A stretch of DNA of 64,000 nucleotides, taken from contig CATNEN010000001.1 in assembly GCA_950097015.1 (NCBI GenBank), positions 18,104,001 to 18,168,000 of the forward strand, read 5' to 3'. Each line of letters starts with the position of its first letter. Within the stretch, counting starts at the first letter, position 1. The translations under genes and the position numbers were made by a program. Below, piece after piece: positions 24,263 to 37,727 of this stretch. The DNA comes from Macrostomum hystrix. Taxonomy: Eukaryota; Animalia; Platyhelminthes. The notes under the pieces were generated by a model. The model worked only from the letters and a program-made list of their open reading frames with translations, searched no databases and was not told the DNA's origin.

Positions 24263-25589
24263 AGAGACAAGAAAAGCGAGCAACATACCGATATGTAGAA
24301 GCAGCAGAGCAGAGTATCAATTTAAATCGCGGCATTATTTGGTGCATTCATATTACATATTGCTACTTGTCTTTTATAGTACGAGTACTATAATATAGGC
24401 CCTGATTGCAATGCTTAGGTTATGAATATCATGCTGTGGACTCAATGTTTTCATTGATTGTAATTTGTATCTAGTAGCCTATGGCATTTATTGCTCAATA
24501 GAATAAATTGTGAGGCTATATGAGACCTAGCCCTAGCCTAGGCCAAGCCCTGACAATGACAAGTGGCAATAATAGGCCTAGGGTCTTGACTTGAACTTAC
24601 CTATGCATTATTCTATTGAGCCTCTTAAGTTAGACCTATGATGTCCTCCCTTTCTTCCATGTTGTTATATTTTGCTAGGATCTAGACTAGACTAGACTAT
24701 GCATATGATCAATATCCATTAATCAATAAAATAGGCTATATAAATATAATTTCCTAAGACTTCATTTATACCATTGCATTGCCTTCCTTCATATGTCATA
24801 TTCATAATAATGGCAATTTAGCCAAGCTTTATACCGGCCAAGCCGGCAGCAGGCAGGTCAAGGTACTGGCCAGGCCTGAGTCGTCTGCGTAGTCTGGACT
24901 GGCGCTAATGGGACCAATTTTTTGTATTTTATAACATTTTGCTACTCATTTTCTAAATGTTTAGTCTTTAGGTTAGACAAATATATAATATAATAGGCCC
25001 TAATGCCCTACTAGGCCTATTAGTATATTTTAATTGCCTAGCCCACAATTTTTATTAGCCAAGTTCCTAGCCTATATTACAACTTGCTATTGTTTTTTAA
25101 TATTATCTGTGACTATTTTCTTGCTACTTTATCTCTGGCTCTAATACGTTATAGATTCTTATTTCCTTTCTTTTATTTTTTCTTGCTACTTTGCTATATT
25201 TGTTTTTTTTCTATATTAATCCCTATAACCTTCTTATTGCTTTGCCCTCTTGACTTTCTTGTTATCTCTCCTTCTATGCCTTTTATACTACCTAGCTAAT
25301 TATTAGGCTGGAGAAAAATATTTACTTTCAAACTACTATGCCATCCTTATCTTCTTATTGCCTTACCTATATTATCTTATTATCTCCACCTTCCTAACCC
25401 TTCTTAGGCCTATTGTTATACCATCTGCTAGATTCTATAATAGCCTCACTTTCTCCACCTTAATTACTGGACTATTCTGTCAAACCTTTTTACTATCTTT
25501 ACATTCTATGGCTTCTTACTGCCTCATCCTTCCGACTTTGCTGCCTTGCTTTCCCACTTTGCTGCCTCACCCTTCCTACCTTGCCTAGC

Positions 25590-26375
25590 CCTTACCTTTG
25601 CCTTTCCCACTGCCTCACCCTCCCCACATTTTAGCTGACTCGCCCTCCCCACCTTTTAGCTGCTTCACCCTCCCCACCTTTTAGCTGTCTTGCCCTCCCC
25701 ACCTTGATGTCTCGCCCTCCCTACCTTGTTGTCTCACCCACCCCACCTTCTTGATGTCTCGCCCTCCCCACCTTCTTGATGTCTTGCCCTCCCCACCATG
25801 TTGTCTCGTCCTCCCCACCTTGTTGCCTTGCCCTCCCGCCTTTTAGCTATCTTACCCTCCCCACCTTCTTGATGTCTCGCCCTCCCCACCTTGCTGTCTC
25901 GCCCTCCCACCTTTTAGCTGCCTCGCCTTCCACCTCGTTGCCCCGCCATCCTCACCTTGTTGCCTCGCCCTCCCCACCTTCTTGTTGCCTCGCCCTCCTC
26001 ACCTTCTTGTTGCCTCGCCCTCCCCACCTTGCTGCCTCGCCCTCCCCACCTTGCTGCCTAGCCCTCCCCACCTTGCTGCCTCGCCCTCCCCACCTTGCTG
26101 CCTAGCCCTCCCCACCTTGTTGCCTCGGCCTCCCCACCTTTCGGCTGCCTCGCCCTCCCCACCTTGTTGCCTCGCCCTCCCCACCTCTTAGCTGCCTCGT
26201 CCTCCCCACCTTTCAGCTGCCTTGCTCTCCCCCCCTTGCTGTCTCGCCGTCCCCACCCCACCTTCTTGCTGCCTCGCCCTCCCCACCATTTATCTGCCCC
26301 GCCCTCCCCACCTTGCTGTCTCGCCGTCCCCACCTTGATGCCTCTCCCTCCCCACCTTGGTGTCTCACCATCCAC
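25590..26375. repeat. C-rich ~24-27-bp minisatellite (CTCGCCCTCCCCACCTTGTTGC)
   Basis: Visible tandem array just upstream of the KDZ acceptor; explains the spurious Pro-rich ORFs. Confidence 0.9.
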
Positions 26376-26496
26376 TCACCCCGACAGCCGATTCATTTTT
26401 TTCTTTATCGCCGTCTCTGCCTGCATTTTTATTCGCCATTTCTTCTCACGGCCGTGTTTTTCGTCTCATGGTATACCTTTAGTGTTTTCCTTCCAG

Positions 26497-27673
26497 GGTC
26501 GCTCAAGGAAGCACATTAAAGTGCGTATAAATGGTCGCACAAAGCTGCTTAAAACCATTGGATGCGGTGGTGTTTTAAAAAAGACCCTTACGCATGCTCA
26601 GGTGCTAGACAGAGCTGCGCCAAGTGTTCCAGACTGCCCAGAGGAAGTTGTCTTTCCGGCTGACAACAATGGCAAGGAGCCATGTGACTGGGAGGATGTT
26701 CTTGCTGCATTTTTGAAGGCTACAAAAGCCGGAACTTGTGCAGAATGCTCAGCACCGGCCTCTACTTACTGCGCACAGTGTGCGTCGTTTTTCTGCGACA
26801 TTTGTACCAGTGGTCGTCATGCAGGCTTGGTGCATGCACTGTACCAGGTAAGTTTATTTTATGATGGACATTAAATGTATCTACATGACTGTTTGTTTTA
26901 GCTTCATTGTCTTGAAAAGTTTGTGAAAAATACAACATGCCTCGAAATGGTGTCATTGCTTTTCCAGAACGGTGTGGCCCTGTGCCGTAGGATCGACTTT
27001 CTATGTGGCTGCTCACCCCTTTCATCCTCCTTAAAAGTGCAGCTTGTGGACAAATCTGTCTGCAAGCGGCCAGACAGACCAGCTCGGCCTTGTCTGAGTC
27101 AGGAGACCAGGCTAATCCAAGATAACCCTAATCTTGGCAAAAGACTGATGCCCGCGGTCGCAAGTCCGCTGGGGCGTCCATCTTCAGGATGCTTAACACT
27201 TTGATGCCCGCCGACGCAAGTCCGCTGAGGCGTCCATCCAGCTTATGGAGGAAAGTAGTTTTCGCAATCGCCATACTTCCTTATGAAATAAATGTTTCAT
27301 TGTCATTCAGTTCTTTTGATTTTGTGGCTTCTCTACTATAGGTCGGAAAATCTCTACTATATGTCGGAAAAATGTGTCATCAGCAATAAAATTCTAGACG
27401 TTGTATGAGTGAAGCGAAAAGACAATTTTATGGTAACGTTATTCTTCCAAAAATCACTGTAGGTTACCATTCGGCGCAGATCGATGCATGTGACAGTCAT
27501 CACTGTCCGTAGTTTCTTGTGGCCAGAAACTTTTTACCTTTGTCCGACCGCAGCATGACATTTGCGTCTTTCGAGCTGCTTTTGATATTCCATCATGATC
27601 AATGAAATCACCTCTCTGTCGAAAGCGTGCGCTGTCGTTTAGAATCGACGGCTAATTTTTGGGCAACTCGGAG
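26497..27673 (+). pseudogene. B-box + CxC KDZ transposase N-terminal exons, copy 1 (degraded)
   Basis: GRSRKHIKVRINGRT...CAECSAPASTYCAQCASFFCDIC...RH..LVH, with an exon structure matching 62562-63435. A ~190-bp retroposon-like insert sits at ~27051-27240 and the catalytic part is deleted. Confidence 0.75.
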
Positions 27674-28300
27674 GTATGAATTAAAATAGTATACATTTAA
27701 AAGATTTTTATACAGCTATGTTACATAGCTGTATAAAACATAGCGCCTATGTTTCACATGGCAGAACTCTGCCGCAAGGAAATCCGCGGAAATTCCATGG
27801 GGCCCAGTGTATGTACATAGGCCCATGTTTTACATAGCAAAACTCTGCCGCAAGGAAGTCCTCGGAAATTCCGTGGGGTCCTAGTGTGTGAACAAACGCC
27901 TGTGTTTGCATAGTGGACTCTGTCGCAGGTAAATCTGTCTCTGAGAGGGAGAGAGAGGCAGTCAGTGCAGTCTGATTGATGAAGATTAATCACGCGTTGA
28001 TTGTTTGACAGAAATTCTGTAATTTTCATTTCTGCTAATTCATCCACTGTATGCTAAAAAACAATTGGCAAAACTATTCTCTATTCTGTTCCTTTTTACC
28101 GTTTTCGCATTCGTAAGTGTGGGTTTCTGGTTTGTTGCTTGTCGCGGTTTCGCACGATATTTTTATTTTACGGTTCGCAACACGTCTGCGATTAAATTTA
28201 AAGAATCAAAATACTTTTTACGAAATAAAATTTAACGATGAAATAAAATATATCTGAACCACTGATTTTTTTCAATGACATTTCAATCGGCATGAAAATT

Positions 28301-29563
28301 TGCTAGATTCTCGGAACACGCTTTCGATTTATTGAAATGGTTGGGTCTTTTGCAAGCCAATGACCGCCCTCGTGAAAGATAGGAGTGTGGAAAACGGCGA
28401 TAGAGTCGGAGGTCGATCGCGTAGCTGCTCGCGAGTTGTCGCAAGAAGAGGGATGAGACGAAGGGAGGGATGAGGAGGTACAATGGATGCAGGGAGTGGT
28501 CCTATTGGCCTCAGGCTGGCCAGTCCCACTCGTCCCTTAGGCCACAGGCATTACTGCCGTGCCTACCCCTAGCAATGCTCGAAACCGGCTAAAAGTCTAA
28601 AGTGAGGTGCCGGACTATCCGTAATCAGATAGGACAGGGCTAGAGAGCCTACTGTCGTCAGTAGCATGTAAATAACTGACTCCTAACCTTGGTAGCGGTG
28701 GTCGAATCGGCCTAGGCTCTTGTCATAGAAATGCGGAAAGGCTATCGGCAAAGCGGATAGTTGATCGAGGGTAGCGCCACCACCCAATGCGCCTACGTTG
28801 CCACCGCAGGCATTTGGGAACTTGGGTCCCCGGAGTACACAGCTCCTAGTTTATCACGCAGATCTAGACAAGCCGAAAAATAGGGCATTCTGCAACTTCC
28901 GTTTTAGACTGGGGCGAGAGCCCCAGAATGGATCGAGACACGCCTCAAAAGGGGATTCCTGAATTCGCGCTACAGGGGTCTAGAAAGGTGGTACTCAGAA
29001 CTCGAATGAGAATCCATAGCCGGAATCCTACTCATGAAACATCAGACACATTCTATACATTAGACTGCAGCCTACACTTTAAGTAACTGACAAACCGAAT
29101 CTGTGTGAGTTGAGGAAATCAGAGGCTGGAGAGATTAGGCAGAACACTGGCTGAGTGATTACGCAAGCGAAAGGTCATTTAATCCTCGCTCTCGCCCCTG
29201 TGGCGGCAGTCGCGAGAGGAGGGGGAAAAGAAGGGGAACTCCATTGGCAAGGGAGTTTGACACGTACCCCTTGATCCGCTGGGAAGAGAGGAAAACCCGC
29301 CAAGGAATCCCCCACACCCCAGCGGAGGTGCACATGCTACGCTCCGCATCTGCCCACGAATCCCTAGCTCCCTATTACTCTTATGCGCGCGTACAGTTGC
29401 CTTCCTGCCGCAGCCTTCAGCTCGGCATCACCAGAGCCCACCCCCTAGGAGTTTAGCCACTCATAAAATGAACATTGAGGCGGACTCAAAAGGAAAAGGA
29501 TTAAGTTGTAATTAAAGGTTGCCTAATGTGAAATTATTGGCTAGAATTGTACTAGTTTATTAT
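28301..29563 (-). mobile_element. LTR 3'-end fragment, copy 2 of the 11625-12865 segment
   Basis: On the minus strand AATAAA is followed by the terminus ...GAATCTAGCA (28301), the inverted complement of the TGCTAGA start at 4611. Confidence 0.7.
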
Positions 29564-29586
29564 GGATTTTTCTATCTTTAAAATTA

Positions 29587-31937
29587 GGCCACAGAAGCAA
29601 CTGCCAGCAGCGCCGCTACAACAGCAACTGCCAGCAACGCCGCTACAACAGCAATTGCCAGCAGCGCCGCTACAACAGCAATTGCCAGCAGCGCCGCTAC
29701 AAAAGCGACTGCCAGCAGCGCCGCTACAAAAGCGACTGCAAGCAGCGCCGCTACAAAAGCGACTGCCAGCAGCGCCGCTACAAAAGCGACTGCCAGCAGC
29801 GCCGCTACAAAAGCGACTGCCAGCAGCGCCGCTACAAAAGCGACTGCCAGCAGAGCTGCTACAAAAGCGACTGCCAGCAGCGCCGCTACAACAGCAACTG
29901 CCAGCAACGCCGCTACAACAGCAATTGCCAGCAGCGCCGCTACAACAGCAATTGCCAGCAGCGCCGCTACAAAAGCGACTGCCAGCAGCGCCGCTACAAA
30001 AGCGACTGCCAGCAGCGCCGCTACAAAAGCGACTGCCAGCAGCGCCGCTACAAAAGCGACTGCCAGCAGCGCCGCTACAAAAGCGACTGCCAGCAGCGCC
30101 GCTACAAAAGCGACTGCCAGCAGCGCCGCTACAAAAGCGACTGCCAGCAGCGCCGCTACAAAAGCGACTGCCAGCAGCGCCGCTACAAAAGCGACTGCCA
30201 GCAGCGCCGCTACAAAAGCGACTGCCAGCAGCGCCGTCGCGAGTGCGCAGAGTTCGGCGACCCTCCAGGAGTCTTTCAGCGTCACCAGAGTCACCAGACT
30301 CAAGGCGAGGACCGCGGGCACCCGAAGCTTCTGGCGCGAGTCGGCCATCGAGATACTGAGCACTGTGGAAGGAGGCCGCGACCGGGTGGAAGGCCGTATT
30401 CCCCCCACCTGCTTTCGTCGCCCCTGGTCCCGCAGTCTCCCGACCCGCTTCGTCCGTGTCGAAACCAGCCGCGACGAGGCACCAGTTGTTCGGAGGACAA
30501 GAACCCTGGAGCTGCTAGACCGCCTGAGGCAGGAAGACCCACCAGACCTGCAGATCTGGACCGACGGCGCAGCAGAGGAAGGCATCCGTAATGGAGGAGG
30601 CGGCTACCTGATTCGGCAGCGGGCCCCAGGGAGCCGGGACATCAGAGGCAGTGTCCCAGCGGGGCACCTAACCTGCACAACGACCGCGGAGGCCGCTGCG
30701 GCCGCAGCTGGTCTCGAGGCGGCCTTGGCCAATCTCCACGGACGCCCCAGCATGGCCGTCTGGCTGCTGTTCGACTCCCAAGCGCTCTTCGACCGGCTCC
30801 AGTCACAGCGTAAATGCCAGACAGACCACGCAACTGCACAGGCGTCTATTCTGCTGGAGCAGCTCGCCACGGACCACCGGCCCATTGTAATCTGGGTACC
30901 GGGCCACGCCGGGCTGGCGCTCAATGAGGAAGCCGACATTCTGGCTCGCGGGGGCTGCTCGCTCCCGCAAGAGAACATGCCAACACCGGTCGCGGCGCTC
31001 AGAGCTGCTCTCAAGCGGCAAGGTCAAGCGGAAGATGACCGAGCCTACAAAGACCTAGTCCCTCTGGACCACCCACACCGACTCAGCGGCGGCAAACGGC
31101 TGCAGGTCGGCCGTGCCTGGCCTCGTGCGGCGGAGGTGGCGCTGTTCCAACTCAGGGCGAACCGCGCGCCTTTCCTACAAGCCACTCTACACCGCTGGGG
31201 CAAGGTACCCGCTGCGTCTTGCCCTCACTGCAACGCTCCCGAGGAGGACACGCGGCACTTCCTGCTTGAATGCCCCAGGTGGGCCGATCAACGCCGCAAC
31301 CTCCTCCATTCTGCTGGCTCAATGTCCCTCCTGTGGGAGGATCCGAATCGGGTGCGGATCTTTGTTGAGGCGACGGGCGCGCTGGCGCGCCCCCCATATG
31401 CCTAGCGAGGGATCCGTACGCCAACAACAACAACAACTGCCAGCAGCGCCGCTACAAAAGCGACTGCCAGCAGCGCCGCTACAAAAGCGACTGCCAGCAG
31501 CGCCGCTACAAAAGCGACTGCCAGCAGCGCCGCTACAAAAGCGACTGCCAGCAGCGCCGCTACAAAAGCGACTGCCAGCAGCGACGCCCCTCACACTGCG
31601 GCAAAGCGACGAGCTTTGACATCTTGTGCGACTACGCCCAAAAAGCCGCGGGTCGACAGCGCAGCCTGGCAGGCAGGCGTTCGCGTTCTGGCCAACTTCT
31701 GAAGTTGACTGGTGGCCTGCCATGGTCTGCAACCCACCTAACAGCAAGGTGGCCATTCGTGGCAGCCGAGTCCACGTCCAGTTTTTCGACCGGCCGCCAA
31801 CACGCGGCTGGATATCAAAAACTAGAAGGATGAGCAGCCCAGACATGGCGGGCATAAAAGGCCCTAAAGCCTTTCAAGCTGCGCTTCACGCCATGAAGGC
31901 AGCAGCCAGAATGACAACAACAGAGAGACTTATTTAA
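29587..31937 (+). pseudogene. Terminal exon with a 27-bp coding repeat (LPAAPLQKR)n followed by a PWWP domain; probably the KDZ gene C-terminus
   Basis: Acceptor TTAG|G at 29586. Repeat and PWWP ([16 protein letters not shown]...[15 protein letters not shown]) are in the same frame, separated by one TGA (31617-31619), and the repeat is split by a LINE. Confidence 0.7.
30237..31436 (+). mobile_element. 5'-truncated RNase H-encoding LINE (I-group, Ingi/Nimb-like)
   Basis: RNase H motifs WTDG, AE, FDSQ, WVPGH and NEEAD, then a C-terminal CPHC...H....CP knuckle and stop at 31405. (CAA)n tail and a ~15-bp TSD CTGCCAGCAGCGCCG. Confidence 0.9.
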
Positions 31938-32202
31938 TATTTATACGTCTAATTTGCTTTCGTCCAATGAACGACTAATGAACTTTCTTGCTTGCAATAA
32001 TGTTATTGTCTTATTTTTATCTCAACGCGTTACAAACACAGAGACTTGTTAAATATTTATGCGTCTAATTTGCCTTCGTCCAATGAATGACTAATAAACT
32101 TTCTTGCTTGCAATAACTTTAGGCCACAAAAGTTATGTAATGAGTCTTATTTTTATCTCAACACTTTGCAAACTAAATAAACTACCGTTATATATAAAAG
32201 CA

Positions 32203-32658
32203 GTCCTCTAGTACTCTTTTGTCAAGGTCCTCTACTACTCTTTTTCCATAGTCCTCTAGTACTCTTCTGCCCATAGTCCTCTAGTACTCTTTTGTCCATA
32301 GTCCTCTAGTACTCTTTTGTCCATAGTCCTAGTACTCTTTTGTCCATAGTCCTAGTACTCTTTTGTCCATAGTCCTAGTACTCTTTTGTCCATAGTCCTC
32401 TAGTACTCTTTTGTCCATAGTCCTAGTACTCTTTTGTCCATAGTCCTAGTACTCTTTTGTCCATAGTCCTCTAGTACTCTTTTGTCCATAGTCCTCTAGT
32501 ACTCTTTTGTCCATAGTCCTAGTACTCTTTTGTCCATAGTCCTCTAGTACTCTTTTGTCCATAGTCCTCTAGTACTCTTTTGTCCATAGTCCTCTAGTAC
32601 TCTTTTGTCCATAGTCCTCTAGTACTCTTTTGTCCATAGTCCTCTAGTACTCTTTTTT
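32203..32658. repeat. 23/25-bp minisatellite (GTCCTCTAGTACTCTTTTGTCCATA)n
   Basis: About 19 tandem units; truncates the USP coding region. Confidence 0.95.
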
Positions 32659-32659
32659 C

Positions 32660-35586
32660 CGATCGGAATTCTGAGCGCGATGTATAAATATGCCAATTAC
32701 TTGAGGGAGGTTTTCAACCTGGGATCTTTCGACTAAATTGTCACTACCGCAGTTGGCACAGTCGACCCGGTCCGCTGAGAGATCTGGTAGATAGACCTGT
32801 GAGCTCGGCTTCGATAGTGGCCTGGATGTCCGGCATACGATCTTCAGAATTTGGACTGATTGAAAATGTGTGCATTGTCGCTGTCGAATAGGATGCGATG
32901 CAGTTGCACACTTCGCAAATGCTGTACGTTGTCCTCTGTAATGTAGTTTATTTAATCTCTTTACAATTTAACTGGCACTTTGTGTACATTTTCCGCATAT
33001 TACTAGAAAAAATAAAAAATTTTAGAATCAGAGAAGTAGAACCAATCAAATGGATGCCCATAAAAGTATTACCCAAAAAAGCAGCCTTAGAAACCATAAA
33101 TTTAGTAAGAATTCATAGAAAAGCTCGTACCAAGTAGGCGAAATATTGCTGTAGATCAGGAATCTGAACGAGGTCCTCGATTAGCTCAACAACGCATTTT
33201 TGCGCGGATGCTCTGTCGAGGTCGACCGTGTCGTTGTATTTGTCAACAGCTGTTTGACAATACCTTTCGAGTATGGCAGATTTGTTAATGGCCTCGTTTT
33301 GAAGCAGGGTTTTAACAAGCTGCATCTCAGGTCCATCGCGAAGCTCGATTTGGGGTTCAATGAGGTTTTCAAGTGCAGAGGTGACGCATTGAATGCCTGA
33401 ATTGAACCAGCAAGTTTCACCGAAATTTGGAAGTCCCGATGGGCGCCAAACATTGCCTAATTGCCATGCTGATTCTATTTTATCCGCCACCGTGCATTCC
33501 AGATGGTCATTCACAGGGGCGATCTCAGCTTCGTTCAATTGGACACTAATAGTAACGCGGGCAGGCGCGAACTTTTCTTGATGTTTCTTTGTCTTTGTCG
33601 TCTTGCTATTTCGCTGAAAGATAATCAACGTCGACTCAGACTGGATGTTCACGTCTGCATCGCATTTTCTAAGGCGCTTTTGTCCGGATCGTTGCTTGCT
33701 GCTGCGTCGCATCTTTGTTATTTTTAGTGCCTTCTTCGACTTAGTAGGCTTGGTGTCACCAATAGAAAACTTTGCGGCAAGAACGTGACAGCATCTAGGC
33801 AAGTTTTTACAGCCACACTTTTCGATGGGATGTAGTTCTACCAGGTGCTTAGATGCTCCCTCAACAATGAAAGCCTTCCTACTGGGAACATGGGTTATGC
33901 CCTGCTTGTCTAAGATGTCATTGGCTAATTCACTGTTGATTCTGTGAACAGTGTCATGAGGCTCGCTCGTTTGTTCGGAAAAAAATTCTGGCTTAAGGCT
34001 TGAAAGATCCGGTGGAAACCATGGCGGTGTAGGGACGTTTGTTGGTTCGGAAGTACCCTAGTGCATCCGCGTCCCATTTTGATTCGATCTTGACAAACGT
34101 CAAGTCAAACTCATCGACTGATGCTGATCGCAAAAGTCGATAAAGGTCGTCGACGTACTCCTCAATGTCACTTGATGAGTAGCGATGGGTATTTAGCCAC
34201 CTCTCTAGATCCTTCTTCAAATGATTCCAGCAAAAAAACTGAAGGGACGAACGGAACGACTCACGAATAGACAGTACAATACCAGGCTCCCTGTCTGTTA
34301 AGAAAATCATCTTCTTGTGGAGTTCGTCAGAAGTAATAGCTGAACTTAGCTGCGCATTAATTCCAGCTGCACGCTTTTGGCACGCCTATCATGAATTAGG
34401 TGCATAACAGGGAATTGATGACAACCATTCTCAGCCTCGATTAGCATGAGCAGTGGGGTTACGTAAAAATCCGTTAAATTGTAAGTAGTATCGACTGAAA
34501 AAATTACTCGAGTAGGACTTGAGCACAAGCAAAATAACATGAAATTCGAGCACTCCTTTATGCCGTGAACGATGGTCAATTCCGGAATAATTTGCATAGA
34601 GCGAATGCAATCGATCTCTTCATTGATGATGCAAACAGCTAGCAGCTGATCCGTGAATAAGTTGGCCCACTCTTTCTCTATGAATAGTTTTGCGAACTTG
34701 CGCTAAGTTGCGAACGCCCTGCATATCATCTTGGACTTGTGATGTTGCTGAATCCTTGTAGACAGCAGATGGATGCTCCCTGAGAAAGTTTTAAACTTAA
34801 TTTTAGGTTGGGTTTGGAAGTTTTATGATGAATTATGAATTATGAATTATTGATTTCGGCGGCGATGTAGGCGACGAATCAGAAAGCAAATGGTTGACAG
34901 CGAAAGAATGACAAGGGCTATGAGTAGGCAGAATATTAGAACTATGTGATTTGCGCGTAAGCAATAATTCACAATTTGGAATTGCATACTTAGCGCGTTC
35001 TTTAAATACAGATAGAGCAGATGGATTAGTTCGCCTATACGCGGGTGCATCATCGTCTCGACTGTTGCCATGGGCTTGCCACTGGCTGCACGACGATATA
35101 GCCAGTCTGAAGAGACTGAAAAACAATCTTCCGGAAACCAGGGTTCCGGTTTCTCTCCTGGTCAGCAATAGAAAGACAGGAAGACTTATATTTGGCCTGC
35201 TTCTTTGGACTTCTTCTAGGCAGGAAATGAGTGTCGTCGTATATCCAACGGTAGCCATCATTGCGCCAGTCTAGTAAACATTTTAGTAGGCGAAATGAAT
35301 TAATTGTGCCTAAGTTTGTCCTTTTGGTATAAGTTTTCTGTGTAAAAAGTTTGAATGTGTTGCTACACCACAAATCAACAATACAGCATTTGTAAGTTGT
35401 ACCTAACAGCTTTGAGCTGTTGGTTTGAAGTCACTCACCATTATTGCCTTCCACTTGAATGAGCACAAACACTGTGCCACCAAGTGGTTTCTGTGGTGTG
35501 AGATGGCAAACCTTGGAATTTTCAACTGAAGCAATAACACTTGTTACTTCCTCTAGTGTTAATCTTCTATTAATTTCCATACAAAC
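32660..35586 (-). pseudogene. Mutator-like (MULE) transposase-SWIM-ubiquitin-specific protease (C19) fusion gene, multi-exon and degraded
   Basis: Motifs DWRNDGYRW; VDTTYNL, TDREPG and CWNH (MULE); CGCKNLPRCCHVLAA (SWIM); GLPNFGETCWFNSGIQC (USP Cys box); CEVC...CANC (USP fingers, exon 32936-32660). Several frameshifts, and the third catalytic Glu region appears deleted. Confidence 0.85.
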
Positions 35587-36659
35587 CTGAAATTAAAATC
35601 AGTTTCAAGAGTTTAATTTAAATGTTAAACATTTTTTCTAAATAAACTATAAGCTAGAAACTATCACATGCAACAACTTACAGTGGCACAATTTTGAGTA
35701 GACTCCCATGAACTTGAAATTGACATTTGAAATAATATTGCTATTGGTTTGTGTTTTGTAATGTATATTATCATTTTTCTAGTATATACTAAATACCACT
35801 AAAAATACATGATTGCAGTAATTAAGATTTATTTCAATACTACAAGGCCTTATACATTGCAAAGAAGCAATTAGAACCTGAAAAACAACCTTACTATATG
35901 GTTACCTTTTTTGATGAAAAATATATGCTAGCTATGACTGAAATATTAAAAGGCAAAACAGCTGCAAAGGCAAAGGCAAAGGCAAAGGCAAAGCAACTGA
36001 TTTTTCTAATCACAATTAAGACAAGTAAATAAAAAAGCAAAGCTCAGTAGACAAAATGCAAATAGAAGAGAACTATTTTCCAAACTAAGCTTCTTTAGCA
36101 GGTGTGGCTTGAGAGGCTCTTTGCAAAGGGAAATATTTAGATAAAATATGTGGTTCAAGTGACAAGATTCAGTGAATGCCGACAGGTAATATTTCATAAA
36201 AATATCAAAGATTTGCACACATACCACATACATATGTCTGTTAACTTATAAGTAATAAATAGTTTAGATTTACATTTTTTATATAAAATGCCTAGCTGCG
36301 GTAAAATGTATCTAGTATTACAGTATAGTAGATTAATATGCAAAGACAGTATGCTTTATAAAAGTATACATAAATGAAAACCATAATTTAATAGTTGTAA
36401 ATTTTACATGCTATGGCGGCCTTATAGTTTCAGCTTTAGCTTTTGGCACGCTAAAAAAATGAAAATGTGCCAAAATCAAGTGTCAGCAAAAAATAGCACA
36501 AGGTTACAAATTAGAATACGAAAATGTGTATTATAAGTGATTATCTTACTGTTATCGATATCAGAATAACATTTAGTAATTTTTCGAACTTATATACTTT
36601 GTTTTATTATTTTAAACCCAGTGAGCCCAGTGTGCCCAGACGGGTATCGCACCCGACTG

Positions 36660-36806
36660 TCGTGCTTTTAATCGTGTAAAAAGGTACGCCTTTGTTCCGA
36701 TTAGATCGGGTGCTTGGCATGTCGCCTGCCGTTATGACATGTCTTTCTAGTGATTAAAAGGGCTTTAATGTATAATCTATGGAAGGTATTTGGCGCGAAA
36801 TTTAAT
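36660..36806 (+). promoter_or_regulatory. Conserved non-coding block, copy 2, with an E2F-type site
   Basis: TTGGCGCGAAA at 36790-36800 (TTTCGCGC on the minus strand); homologous to 24110-24262. Confidence 0.55.
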
Positions 36807-37727
36807 CATGCCAAGAATTTAAGCCGACCCATCTGAAATGGAAAAGAAAACTAGGAGCCTAGTTGTAAGCAAGCTCGAAAAGAATAAATTAAATAAATGA
36901 ACATCTAAATCAGGCCCTAGCTTTATAAGCTCTTTACCATACTGGCTTGAGAATCAATGACAATGGTAATTATAATGTAGCCCATACATGGATATACATG
37001 TAGTCACCCGGTGTAAAAAACATCGTCCGGCGGACGATGATTTTTTGGGTCCGCCGGACTTTGACTTTTGGTCTATTGTACGCAGAAATTTAGTCCGGCG
37101 GACGTCCGCCGTCGGCCGACGGAGGACCAATTTCGGACCATTGTAAAATGTTGTGAATACTACTATTAGTAGTGTAGCTCTGAATGAAAAATCGTATTAA
37201 TTATTCTCTCGTATTCCTTTAAATAACTTATTAAACATGAACAAAAATATTTTAATTTTCTTATTGAAAAAATGAATGTTATCGTATATTCTTATTAATT
37301 TTAATTTGCAAATACGTTACTCATTTCTTTATTTCACAGATACAATATAACAGAAAGAGACAATTAAACAAACATTTGCAAGTTATAAAAGAAGAACAAC
37401 TTGGAATAGAAGTAAGCAAGACAGAACTTGCTAAAAAATTAGGATTATTAAAAAATTACATACAAAATACAGAAAGCAAAGTATAAAATGCCTTTGCAGT
37501 AATACAACGCACAACAGGCAGCATAGACATGGGGTAAAAAATACTAATTTGAATACATAGCAAGAAATATCATTGTGTACTATACTTACTATACTCAACG
37601 TAAATAACGAAGCGCGTTTCTAAAGCATGTAGGAAAATAATAGAAAGGAAGACGAATAATTTTTATACCTCACAAAAACTACAAAATTTTGTGTATGAAT
37701 CAAGACACATAAATACGCTCGTACAAT

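Noticed and set aside
25776-26375. Pro/Gly-rich ORFs and other repeat-derived ORFs (2879-3184, 29584-30585 minus, 49213-50959)
   Set aside because: These are translations of minisatellites or of the antisense strand of a coding repeat.
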